Positions 1 to 9,734 of a stretch of DNA of 64,000 nt are shown piece by piece. The position numbers and the translations under genes are program-made. The notes below the pieces were generated by a model. That model saw only the letters and a list, made by a program, of their open reading frames with translations. It was not told where the DNA came from and made no database searches. How positions within the stretch are numbered: the first letter of the stretch is position 1; every line of letters starts with the position of its first letter. The stretch comes from Promethearchaeia archaeon (GTDB lineage Archaea; Asgardarchaeota; Lokiarchaeia; Sigyniarchaeales; SOKP01). The DNA lies in the NCBI GenBank assembly GCA_046483985.1, contig JAWOCD010000057.1:32001-96000 (forward strand), in the 5' to 3' direction.

Positions 1-268
1 TATTAATTTGACGGACAACTTGCCGTACACTATAAACATCACCCTCGAAGATAATATTTCCTTTATCTGTAAATAAAAAATCGTCGAGTTCGTATTTTTT
101 TCTGGCGTTTGCAGTGATTTTCATTGTGTTTTAATTCTTTTTAAAATGTTTGACCATATCTATATATATAATATTATATATTGTTGGAGAATTTCTAAAT
201 CTTACTTCCCTAAAATAATTAATAAAAGAAGAGTAATATTAAATTTTAGAATTAATTTGAATATCTTT

Positions 269-991
269 ATGAATCACAATGTAACGATTTTAGTTGATAA
301 TTTGAATGGAACTCAATCGGGTTTTGTTAAATCCTACGGGTTTGCCGTATTAATAGAGAAAAATGATCAGCAAATCCTATTTGATGTGGGAACAAAAGTG
401 CACGCGCTTATGAAAAATCTTAAGGTATTAGGAACTGGTGCCACTGAATTAGATGCTATAATCTTAAGTCATAACCATTATGATCATACAGACGGTCTCC
501 CCGGGATTTTAAATGAGAATCCGAATATCCCTATTTATATTCACAAGGACTGGAATAAGCCTGCAAGTTTTAAGGGTGTATTGGTACCTAAACCTAATCG
601 AAAAGTTGTAAAAAGGGCAAGAGAGTTAAAAGACGTTTGCAAAGGAATATACATTACAGATTCTTTTTTATCTCCGGATTACGGAGGAGTATATGAACAA
701 GCAATCTATGTTGAAGGTAATGACCAGTGCATTTTAATTTGCGGTTGTTGTCATCCCGGACTAAATGTCTTTATAGAGGAAAGAGAAAAATTGGGCATTT
801 CGCTCATGAAAGAGCTAACAATAATGGGCGGATTTCATGGTTTTTCCTTTAGTGATAAAAGAGCCGAGGAATTAGATTCAATAATTCGAAAAGTTTATCT
901 CTGCCACTGCACCCAAAAGACGGACACTTTTAAAAGCCAGTTTGGGGAAAAATGCGAATTCGGTATGGTGGGACGTAAAATGTCTTTTTAA
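269..991 (+). CDS. Metallo-beta-lactamase-fold hydrolase (7,8-dihydropterin-RFA-P synthase-like)
   Basis: SHNHYDHTDG MBL motif, GCCHPG and GGFH motifs; start moved from 146 to the ATG at 269 (MNHNVTILVDN). Confidence 0.8.
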   Translation: MNHNVTILVDNLNGTQSGFVKSYGFAVLIEKNDQQILFDVGTKVHALMKNLKVLGTGATELDAIILSHNHYDHTDGLPGILNENPNIPIYIHKDWNKPASFKGVLVPKPNRKVVKRARELKDVCKGIYITDSFLSPDYGGVYEQAIYVEGNDQCILICGCCHPGLNVFIEEREKLGISLMKELTIMGGFHGFSFSDKRAEELDSIIRKVYLCHCTQKTDTFKSQFGEKCEFGMVGRKMSF

Positions 992-1050
992 TATTCTATA
1001 ATGGAAGTACTATTAAATCATTAATATTTATCGTAGTTAAGGATGTTTTT

Positions 1051-1782
1051 ATGTATCTCACAATTGAAGAATTGTCCGGATTACGGATTTTAAATAGTCT
1101 TTTTTCCTTGATATTTGTACTCGTATCAATTATGATCGCGCTCCGTATCCTCTCCAAATATGTTACCACTAAACATAGAGATCTTATTCCAGTTGGATTG
1201 GCTTGGGTGCTATTATCAACACCTTGGTGGAGTCCTGCATTTAATTTGGTAACCGTCTATTTCTTTAATTATTCAATAGATCCCCCGATTTACCTTTTTA
1301 TTATGACTGCATTCATTCCGTATGCATTAATTTGTTGGATTTACGCATTTAGCAAATTAACTTATCCAGAAAGCAAGAAAAAGATATTCTATCCGTTTTT
1401 GATAATATGTTTGGCTTATAGCGCCGTATTTATGATTTTATTCTTGATCAAGATGGACTTTATTGCCAAGTATGAAGGGGGATTTACCTATCATCGAACA
1501 TTCTTTAATATAGGCTTTCTTCTTTTCACCGTTATTTCAGCAATCGTGTCCGGGATTCTATTTACCAGAAGATCCTTGCAGTCTCCGAACCCTGAAATTC
1601 GGTGGAAAGGTAGATTCCTATTGATAGCATTTTTCTCGTTCGTTGGGGGCGCGACCATGGATATTTTCTCAAGAGGAAATATTATATTACAACTCAGTGC
1701 GAGGATTCTGTTAATTATTTCAGCGATATGTTATTACCTTGGCTTCTTCCTACCACCCAAACTAAAACAGTTGTTAGTTTAA
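1051..1782 (+). CDS. Stand-alone 7-transmembrane protein
   Basis: Seven hydrophobic segments in 243 aa, no soluble output domain. Confidence 0.7.
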   Translation: MYLTIEELSGLRILNSLFSLIFVLVSIMIALRILSKYVTTKHRDLIPVGLAWVLLSTPWWSPAFNLVTVYFFNYSIDPPIYLFIMTAFIPYALICWIYAFSKLTYPESKKKIFYPFLIICLAYSAVFMILFLIKMDFIAKYEGGFTYHRTFFNIGFLLFTVISAIVSGILFTRRSLQSPNPEIRWKGRFLLIAFFSFVGGATMDIFSRGNIILQLSARILLIISAICYYLGFFLPPKLKQLLV

Positions 1783-1825
1783 AAAAAAATGACTAAAGAA
1801 AAAAAATGAATACTTATTTTTTTAT

Positions 1826-2272
1826 TCAATAATCTAAACTCACATCTACGTTGATTCCTTCGCGGACTGCTTGCGTAACGATACAATATTCTTCAAACAT
1901 TTTTCTGCACCGATCGGCACGTTTCCTCGCGTCTTCAGTATCGATTTTAGGTTTTATGTGAACATCAATTTTTTGAACCCGCCAAAATCCTTTTTCATTT
2001 CGCCCGACCTTTACCTCCGCATCTGCCTTCAGATCATCCACCTTAAAATCTCGTTTTTTTAAACAAAATATAAAGCTTGCACTTAAGCACCCCAAAACTG
2101 CCATCCCTAACAGTCGGGATGGATTAGGACCCATCATATTCACTTCTTCCCTATGTTCTTCATCAATATAGCAATCTTTCACGTTCATTTCTCCCAGTTC
2201 GCATTCGAATATCATTCCCTCTTCCAGGCTGATTCCAACATTGGCTTTCATTACATCTTCTTCGTCTGACAT
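1826..2272 (-). CDS. OsmC/Ohr family protein
   Basis: GPNPSRLLGMAVLGC and FEEYCIVTQAV two-Cys motifs; likely start MSDEE. Confidence 0.85.
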   Translation of the reverse strand: MSDEEDVMKANVGISLEEGMIFECELGEMNVKDCYIDEEHREEVNMMGPNPSRLLGMAVLGCLSASFIFCLKKRDFKVDDLKADAEVKVGRNEKGFWRVQKIDVHIKPKIDTEDARKRADRCRKMFEEYCIVTQAVREGINVDVSLDY

Positions 2273-2374
2273 CTTTTTTATCACACCACTAGATTTTTTT
2301 GAAGCGTTTACTATCTAAAGTTCACTGACATTTTTTTAATATTTCCCTAATAATTAAAAAATGAGAATAACTAT

Positions 2375-2968
2375 CTAATCCTTAGTTTCTATCTTTTTTA
2401 GGGAAATATATCCCAGTACATGGAACAATAATAAGAGAAAATAAAATACAATAAAATATACAAATGTCGGGGCCAATAGAAAAAGAGTTATGAACATAAT
2501 AACAAATGTGAGAACTTCTATTACAAGAATGAATCGATTTCTATAATATTTGAAGTCAAAGAAAGATTTATCTAGTTTGAAATCTTTCAGAATCTCCGAT
2601 AGATTATTGAGTTCTTCCTTTGAGATCAGAAATTTAGGACCGAACGGTTTTTTGTGAAATCCACAAAAGTTAGTACCCCAATCACAAGTATCTATAAGGA
2701 TGTGAATGAAATATGTTAGCCCCCCAATAAGTAAAGTAGGGGAAAAAAAGAAGAGTCCAAGTATAATTAAAATTAAGGAAGGAATAATGCTGTGAGTGAG
2801 TAACATGCGGTGATTATCATTCTGCGCATATTTGGAGAAAAATATATCAAAATCCATAATAAAGGAACAAAGTACTAGGAAAATGAATTTAATAAGAGTT
2901 AATGGACAGAAATAGTGAGTAATGGAGGCAATAATCACTCCTATAGCGAAATGTGTATTTATATGCAT
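2375..2968 (-). CDS. Membrane-bound metal-dependent hydrolase (YdjM-like)
   Basis: N-terminal TH, DFD, HRxLTHS and HILID motifs with TM segments. Confidence 0.75.
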   Translation of the reverse strand: MHINTHFAIGVIIASITHYFCPLTLIKFIFLVLCSFIMDFDIFFSKYAQNDNHRMLLTHSIIPSLILIILGLFFFSPTLLIGGLTYFIHILIDTCDWGTNFCGFHKKPFGPKFLISKEELNNLSEILKDFKLDKSFFDFKYYRNRFILVIEVLTFVIMFITLFLLAPTFVYFIVFYFLLLLFHVLGYISLKKIETKD

Positions 2969-3000
2969 AGTAACCTTCAGATTTACTTTTTATATTAATA

Positions 3001-3981
3001 TTAATTTAGGAAATAATAATTTTTTCTTTTAATTCTCTTCTTTATTATTTTTTTGGGTTTAAAACCTGCCACTCCTTTTTCTTCAATTAAAAATGAAGCA
3101 GCTGAAGCGGCTAACTTTCCGATTTTCTTAATAGTGTCCCATTCTTTTGTAGATTTTAAATATTCATAGATAAAAATCGATAAATATACATCACCAGCAC
3201 CAGTTTCATCAATACTTATTTCTGGTCGATAAGCGGGAATCTCTATAATTTCATGGTCTTTTTGTGTTATGAGTGAGCCGTCTTTGCCTAACGTCATAAT
3301 AGAGATCCCCTCAAATTTTCTATAAAAATTCATAATTTCCTTCATTTCCCTCTTACCAGAGACATACTGCATCTCTTTTTTTGACCCTTTACAAATCAAG
3401 CGATCTCCCAATAATTCAATTATTTTGAGTATAATTTTTTTTTTCTCACCATTAGAGTCCAGCAAAACGTTTCCTTCCTTATCTATCGTTCGAACAAATC
3501 CTTGGAGATCGATCCCTATGCACGCATTAGGGAAAGTTTTATGTATTTTTCTAACAAATTCAAACGATATCTCATTACAAATCGGTACTAAGACAATGGC
3601 ATCTGGCTTATTTTCTAAATAGCGTTTTGGCATATCTTCGAAGTGAATATCGGGGCTCCGTGACTTTAGAGTAAGCTTCCGATAATTGTTTGAATAATCT
3701 AACACAAAATTGGTATTATCAGAATCTATTTGAATTATCCCTTCCAAGTTGATTCCAGAACTATTTAATCTTTTAAGCAAGGAAGGGGGAAAATTGTTTT
3801 TTCCTAATTTAGACAAAACTCCGATAGTTACATGAGAAGTATATGTATTCAAAGCTAAAGAGCAAAAGCAAACACTTCCGCCCAGTGTTGGGTTGAATTC
3901 AATTTTATTTTTTATCACATTATCAATAGCTATGTGACCTATAAATAAGATTGAAGTTTTTCTTTTTGGTTCCTTAGACAT
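3001..3981 (-). CDS. PfkB family carbohydrate kinase
   Basis: GHIAID, LGGS, DETGAGD signature. Confidence 0.9.
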   Translation of the reverse strand: MSKEPKRKTSILFIGHIAIDNVIKNKIEFNPTLGGSVCFCSLALNTYTSHVTIGVLSKLGKNNFPPSLLKRLNSSGINLEGIIQIDSDNTNFVLDYSNNYRKLTLKSRSPDIHFEDMPKRYLENKPDAIVLVPICNEISFEFVRKIHKTFPNACIGIDLQGFVRTIDKEGNVLLDSNGEKKKIILKIIELLGDRLICKGSKKEMQYVSGKREMKEIMNFYRKFEGISIMTLGKDGSLITQKDHEIIEIPAYRPEISIDETGAGDVYLSIFIYEYLKSTKEWDTIKKIGKLAASAASFLIEEKGVAGFKPKKIIKKRIKRKNYYFLN

Positions 3982-4042
3982 TTAATTAAAACTCAGTAGT
4001 TTCTTTAAAATTAATATGGATAAAATAGGAAATAAGAAAAAA

Positions 4043-5167
4043 TTAATGATTTTTGTTTTTTTCCCGCTCCTTCTTTAGAGCAATCTTTAATTTATTGATT
4101 TTTGATTGTAAGCTCTCTACGAGATCAGCCATTCGACCAGACTCTCCCCCCTCAGTTGTGGGAGTTTGAAGCGATTCTATCTTCTCTTCTTTCTGTTCTA
4201 ATTCATCTTCAAGAGTTTTGATTTTTGATTTCAAATTGTCTAATTTTTCCGTATCCTCGGGGGCTTTACCCAGTTTTTCTTCCATTCCTTCTATTTTTGA
4301 TCTTAGTTTTCTATTCTCCGCTTTTAATTCCCCAACCTTACTTGATTCAGTATCAGAATCAACTTCTTCAGATTCTTTTTTTAGATTCTTGTTTTCTTTT
4401 TTTAACTTCTTTACAACCGATTTATATTTATTTACTTGTGATTGCAAATCATTACATAGGTTTCGAAGATGATCTGGTGATTCAGTTGTTACCTCTCCAG
4501 ATTCTCCCTCTTCCAAGGAAGATGCTTCTTCTTTAATATCTTTTAGCTCTTTATTCATATCTTCATTTAGAGATTCTAATTCTGAAATCTTATCGTTCTG
4601 TTCGTCAATTTGATTCTTTAGTTCTTTAATTGTTGTTTTCTTTTTAGCTAACTCAGATTTTAACTCTTGAATTAGCGTACTTGTGTCCCCCGTCTCACCT
4701 TCAGTGCTTTCTTCTGATAATTGTTCAATTTTTTGATTCATTTCCTTTATTTGAGCATTTTTTTCTTTTAACTCAGCATTTAAATCCGTTGCACCTTTTG
4801 CTCCGCTTTCCGATACTTTTAACTCTAAATCTTTCACTTGATCAGTTAATTTTGCATTTTTTTCTTTTAATTCATTAATTTCCAATTCAAGTTCCATTAT
4901 TGCTTTTTCTTTCTCTTCTTTGATTTCATCTTTTTTCTTTACTGCTTTTTCAATAGCTTCTTCAGAACGAGAGATTAAATCAATATTTTCCTCAATTTTC
5001 TCTTTTAATTCTGCATTTTCCTTCTCTAAGGTATCAATTTTCTGTTTCGCTTGCTCAAGCTCATCAATTGTATCTCCTATCACGGAAGGTTTCTTCTCTT
5101 TTTTCTTTTGTTTTTTCCAAAGAGAAACAAAGTCATCTGCATCTGCAGTTTTTTTATCTTCAGACAT
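4043..5167 (-). CDS. Long coiled-coil protein
   Basis: E/K/L-rich heptad pattern across 374 aa, interrupted by G/S/T/E linkers. Confidence 0.75.
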   Translation of the reverse strand: MSEDKKTADADDFVSLWKKQKKKEKKPSVIGDTIDELEQAKQKIDTLEKENAELKEKIEENIDLISRSEEAIEKAVKKKDEIKEEKEKAIMELELEINELKEKNAKLTDQVKDLELKVSESGAKGATDLNAELKEKNAQIKEMNQKIEQLSEESTEGETGDTSTLIQELKSELAKKKTTIKELKNQIDEQNDKISELESLNEDMNKELKDIKEEASSLEEGESGEVTTESPDHLRNLCNDLQSQVNKYKSVVKKLKKENKNLKKESEEVDSDTESSKVGELKAENRKLRSKIEGMEEKLGKAPEDTEKLDNLKSKIKTLEDELEQKEEKIESLQTPTTEGGESGRMADLVESLQSKINKLKIALKKEREKNKNH

Positions 5168-5187
5168 TTTAATTAATCACATTTAAC

Positions 5188-6105
5188 TTAATCAGTTTTT
5201 CGCAAAATTCCTGAGAAATATCCAACAGAATATTCACAAGGGCCAGTACCACCGCCCTTTTCATAACTGGTGTAGTATTTTAATTTCTCTGCTTCATTGC
5301 AACCCAACTCTTTGCATGTTAGCATTAAAGTTGTAATGGTTTGTGGACCACAAACGGTCGTATTTCGTGCGGCTTTATATACCTTTTCGGGATCAAATTG
5401 TAAAAATGCATCAATTACGGCTTGATCTTTTTCTTTCATGTCTTTCAGATCATCTGCCGGGTCATGCATATTTGCTGGGCGTTTATGAGTCATATCCGAC
5501 GAGGCAACTATAATAATATCCTTATTTATCTCTGATATCGCTGAGGAAATAACATCCGATATTTGAACTAATGTTTCATAATCCTTAACTCCCATTTTTA
5601 TGGGGACCAACTCTAGATCTTTTTCTCCGGCACAGTGTTTAATAAACGGTAATTGGACCTCAATATTATGCTCTCGTCCATAAGGAAATCCTATGAAGGC
5701 GGATTCATCTTCTTTTATCTTTGGACTTTTTTCCAAAATTTTCTCCGCTAAATCTCTATCAATTTCTATCCCCCCCAAGGGAGTTTTCCAAATCCCTTCC
5801 TTCATAAGGCCGATATCAGAGTAGCCTTGATGGTCTGTGCCAATAATTACAACGGTATCAGGGATTTTTTCCCTAAATAAATTAAGATATGTATGTGCGG
5901 CTGCACATCCAGAGTATGTATAACCGGCGTGGGGAGACAGTCCTCCAAAAACTGTTCTCTTATCTTTATTCTGAGATTTACATTTCTCTCCTGGTCCAAA
6001 TTTACTATTTTCAAAAGACTCATTTAAAACTTTTAGTAAATCGGGTTTATATCTGGGATAAAATGAACCCGCAACAGCGGCTTTCCTTTTTGTTTTTCGA
6101 ACCAT
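5188..6105 (-). CDS. MEMO1 family protein (AmmeMemoRadiSam protein B)
   Basis: AVAGSFYP, PHAGYTYSG, EHNIEVQLPF, SSDMTH, CG and SVGY motifs. Confidence 0.93.
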   Translation of the reverse strand: MVRKTKRKAAVAGSFYPRYKPDLLKVLNESFENSKFGPGEKCKSQNKDKRTVFGGLSPHAGYTYSGCAAAHTYLNLFREKIPDTVVIIGTDHQGYSDIGLMKEGIWKTPLGGIEIDRDLAEKILEKSPKIKEDESAFIGFPYGREHNIEVQLPFIKHCAGEKDLELVPIKMGVKDYETLVQISDVISSAISEINKDIIIVASSDMTHKRPANMHDPADDLKDMKEKDQAVIDAFLQFDPEKVYKAARNTTVCGPQTITTLMLTCKELGCNEAEKLKYYTSYEKGGGTGPCEYSVGYFSGILRKTD

Positions 6106-6229
6106 AATTCAATACACTCATAAGAATATATTCTTTAATTTAATTTAATCCAAATAAGTATAAATAATTTGATTTTAAAATTTTTAGATTTTAATGAATT
6201 TAATAAGATTTAATAAATTCTAATACATA

Positions 6230-6832
6230 ATGAGCAAAGAAAAAGATGGGAACGTTTCGCTGGATGATCTTACCGAAGAAGATTTGCCAGAAAAGATACC
6301 CGCAAAATTTTTAAACTCTAGAGTGATTGTCTTTAATCCTTTATATGCCTCCTATTTATATGTGAAAAAAAGATTTTTCGGCGCCCCATTGGGTATTAGC
6401 AAGCCACGATTGGAATATTTCTCAAAACCTTCAGAATTATCATTAATTGAGGCTTATTATTTATTAAAGAGAGAAGAGATCACAATTTATGATGTGAATA
6501 AGGAAAAAAATTTGTCTCCAGCCGAATTTTATGAAACAGCAAAGAAAATCCACGATAAATTTGAGGAAAAATTTATCATTTATGAGGATTTACGGGAAAA
6601 AGGGTATGTACCACGTCCAGGGTTGAAATTCGGAGCGGATTTTGTCTGCTATAAAAAAGGTCCAGGATTAGAACACTCTCCATTCATTGTCCATGTTTTC
6701 CAAAGTAAAAAAAAGATTACTGCAATAGATATGGTCCGAGCTGGTCGATTAGCGACTAGTGTGAGAAAAAAGTTTGTAATCGCCAATCCACAAACTAAAA
6801 CTTACTACTTCTTTGAATGGTTCAAGCCTTAA
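6230..6832 (+). CDS. endA: tRNA-intron (splicing) endonuclease, catalytic subunit
   Basis: LSLIEAYYL, GLKFGADF-Y, GPGLEHS and VRKK (Tyr/His/Lys triad); GAPLGISKP loop. Confidence 0.93.
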   Translation: MSKEKDGNVSLDDLTEEDLPEKIPAKFLNSRVIVFNPLYASYLYVKKRFFGAPLGISKPRLEYFSKPSELSLIEAYYLLKREEITIYDVNKEKNLSPAEFYETAKKIHDKFEEKFIIYEDLREKGYVPRPGLKFGADFVCYKKGPGLEHSPFIVHVFQSKKKITAIDMVRAGRLATSVRKKFVIANPQTKTYYFFEWFKP

Positions 6833-6846
6833 AAGAGATATTCATT

Positions 6847-9090
6847 TTAAAGAAAATTCTTCTTAATCTTATTTACTGCCTCCTCAACCATGGATTGTAA
6901 TTTCTCAGTTTCTATTTCCTTCTCAATTTCCTCAGAGATAATATCTTTTCTGGTTTCCAATTGAAAATTAATAATAGAATAATCTTGGTCAAGATGGAAT
7001 GGGAAAAATTCTGTGCCGCTTCCTTGATAAAACTTAAAGAAAAATTCGTAGAAATGGAGACGTATAGTATTCAAGAAAACTATAAGCCCTTCCAAGAGAA
7101 TAACGAGCATATTTCCGAAGATAAGACCCGTAATTATGAGAATTTGGTTTAAAAAAATCCAGACAATATGGTTTTCGGGGAAAGAAACCAGTCCAATCAT
7201 AGCCTCAACGGATAGCATTAAAGCAATATGAGTTAAGGCTAGAGCTAAAAGCCTTATATAAGAAGCAACATTGCTGATGATGGACAATAAGGTCTCAAAA
7301 GTTTCCATAGATCCTTCTGTGACGAGTTCTCCATAGGATTCTTCTTCTAAATAAGATACCCCCAATAATCTCCCAAGAGGTTTAGAAATAATTAATATCA
7401 ACCCAGGTATTACAGTGAGAAGAATTGGATATGGAAATTCAAACCAAGCCAAAATATCGAATCCCCATGTAAAGATTAAAATGGTTCCTGCCGTAAGCAA
7501 GCAGATTTTGAAAAATGACTCCGTTACGGCCAGATATTTTCTACTTTGTTTACAGTAATTAAGAAGCTGAATAGTCCATCCCAAATTAATATGAATTACT
7601 CCTATAATAACAGCGAATTTGAATAAAATCAAAATATCCTCTAAAGGATTATGAAAGATGGGATGAAGTGTTATTCCAAAAAAGTTATCCATTCCGAAAA
7701 ATGCTCCATAAAATAAACCACCAAAAATTGCTCCAAAACCACAATAAAAAATAATCCAACTAATATCATAGGTACTGCCCTTTTTTTTCCGGAATTTTAA
7801 TGCTCCCAATAAACCAGCTATGATTAAGACAAACCCATGACCGATATCACCAAACATAACGCCAAATAACAAGGGAAAACTTATAGCTAAAAATGGTGTG
7901 GGATCAATCTCGGAATAGGAGGGAGTTCCGTACATTTTTATTAATGTTTCGAAGGGTCTAATGTATGAAGGATTATCCATAATTGTGGGAGCTTCTTTTC
8001 TTAAATCCTCTTTCTTTTCTGATTCATCTTCTCCCCCCTCCTCAAATTTCTTCAACTCTCTTTCCTTTTCTCCTTTCCCAGAAGGTGCAGACTTATTGAT
8101 ATCTATACTCTCCAGCGTGATATGTTTTTTAAATCTTCTCTTTAGCTTATTGGAGATTTTCTCTTTTATAGGTGTAGGGACGAAAAAATCTAATCCTTGA
8201 AGGCTACTTGACACCTCCATAAATTGACGCTGTACCCAGTCATATTCTTCCACATTTTGAATAACTTCATCGATTGCAGCAAACTTTTTTAAATCTTCTT
8301 TTCTCAAACGAACTATTTCCTTATGATACTTATCCAACCGATTTTCAATCAATTCAATTTCTTTATCGATTCTCTCAAAATTTATTCCCCCCTCTTTGAT
8401 ATATTTTTTCAAAATTTGAATTTCTTCAGCATGAATGATATTTATCTTCTCTTTTAATTCATCTTCTTTATTAGCAATATAAACAATATAAAAAACAATA
8501 CGATCTTCAGAAATATGCTCTATCTCGTGTACATTAGGAAATTTCGAGAATTCAAATAGATTTTTCAACGTACTTAGATTTTTTGAATATGTAGTATATA
8601 CCTTAAAGCCCAAACGGTTGAGTTTTGATAAACTTCCTTTTTGCAGATCATACTGATCTAAAAATTGATAGGCTTTTCTAATTTGTATTATATCTTCAAG
8701 AGTAATTGTTGCCTTTGAGATATAACTTTTTAATTCATTAATTCTATTGATGTAAAAATTAAGCTCTTCCGAAATGTTATCCATGAGCTCACTCAGACTC
8801 CGCGTTTTAAAGGTAATCTTCTCTTCTTTATCTAATTCTAACGTATCAAAATCACTTCGATTAATATTGAGATTTTTAAACAAAGTCTTAAGATCCTTTC
8901 TTAATTGTTTAATTTTCTTGTAATTCTCGTCTTTTTTTCTTTCCTCAACAGGATATGATTTTCCTGACTTGGTCTTAATGTGAACATTATGGATATCTGA
9001 AAGATGGTTTATCAAGGAATCTTTATACTCTTTTTCAATTAAGGTCCTAATAAGAGTCATTTTACTTTGTCCTTTCATTTTATCCTTCAC
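6847..9090 (-). CDS. atpI: A/V-type ATPase subunit I (a)
   Basis: YGTPSYSEIDPTP, MFGDIGHG, SYIRLLALAL (essential Arg), RLHFYEFFFKFY. Confidence 0.95.
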   Translation of the reverse strand: MKDKMKGQSKMTLIRTLIEKEYKDSLINHLSDIHNVHIKTKSGKSYPVEERKKDENYKKIKQLRKDLKTLFKNLNINRSDFDTLELDKEEKITFKTRSLSELMDNISEELNFYINRINELKSYISKATITLEDIIQIRKAYQFLDQYDLQKGSLSKLNRLGFKVYTTYSKNLSTLKNLFEFSKFPNVHEIEHISEDRIVFYIVYIANKEDELKEKINIIHAEEIQILKKYIKEGGINFERIDKEIELIENRLDKYHKEIVRLRKEDLKKFAAIDEVIQNVEEYDWVQRQFMEVSSSLQGLDFFVPTPIKEKISNKLKRRFKKHITLESIDINKSAPSGKGEKERELKKFEEGGEDESEKKEDLRKEAPTIMDNPSYIRPFETLIKMYGTPSYSEIDPTPFLAISFPLLFGVMFGDIGHGFVLIIAGLLGALKFRKKKGSTYDISWIIFYCGFGAIFGGLFYGAFFGMDNFFGITLHPIFHNPLEDILILFKFAVIIGVIHINLGWTIQLLNYCKQSRKYLAVTESFFKICLLTAGTILIFTWGFDILAWFEFPYPILLTVIPGLILIISKPLGRLLGVSYLEEESYGELVTEGSMETFETLLSIISNVASYIRLLALALTHIALMLSVEAMIGLVSFPENHIVWIFLNQILIITGLIFGNMLVILLEGLIVFLNTIRLHFYEFFFKFYQGSGTEFFPFHLDQDYSIINFQLETRKDIISEEIEKEIETEKLQSMVEEAVNKIKKNFL

Positions 9091-9094
9091 TCTA

Positions 9095-9733
9095 TTATCG
9101 TTCTTTTTTTTTTAGTAAATCCTTGGTTTTTTTAAATCTCACAAAATTTTCTCTTTGCTCTTCTTCTAAAATATCTTTAATTTTTTCGATATTTAACTCA
9201 AGGTCGGGAATTAGTACGTTCTTGAGACCATTGATACGGCGATTTACTTTTTCATAATCAAATCCTGCCTTATACATGATATTTTCACTCTCGGCAAAGG
9301 AAATTATCTTAAGCATGAATTGTTTTAACATCTCTATTAAATCGTCTAAATGAGAGGTTGTAGAATCAAAGGAATAGGGAGGTAAATTCTTTTTCTTCCA
9401 TTTAAAATTTATTTTTGGAATGATGATCTCTTTTTCTTTTGAATAATTGACCTCTACTTTCGGACTATAATGGATAGAACTAAATTTGCTAATGAGATTC
9501 AAGGCTCGTTTGCCCATTTTTTCGTAGATTACGTTTAATTTGAGAATTATTTTCCTATAATAATTTAAAAAGTCTTCTCTTCGAGAGTTATATTCTGGCC
9601 ACGTATCTTTAATAAGATTCATAAGAAATTGACGCTTAAATTTTAAAAATTTTTCACCTCTCTGTATAAAATCCAATTTCTTTTTTAATTCAATTAAATT
9701 AGTTTTGGTCGGCTTTACATCTCGAAAACTCAT
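9095..9733 (-). CDS. atpD: A/V-type ATPase subunit D
   Basis: VKPTKTNL, KVNRRINGLKNVLIP, LEEEQRENFVRFK. Confidence 0.92.
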   Translation of the reverse strand: MSFRDVKPTKTNLIELKKKLDFIQRGEKFLKFKRQFLMNLIKDTWPEYNSRREDFLNYYRKIILKLNVIYEKMGKRALNLISKFSSIHYSPKVEVNYSKEKEIIIPKINFKWKKKNLPPYSFDSTTSHLDDLIEMLKQFMLKIISFAESENIMYKAGFDYEKVNRRINGLKNVLIPDLELNIEKIKDILEEEQRENFVRFKKTKDLLKKKER

Positions 9734-9734
9734 C

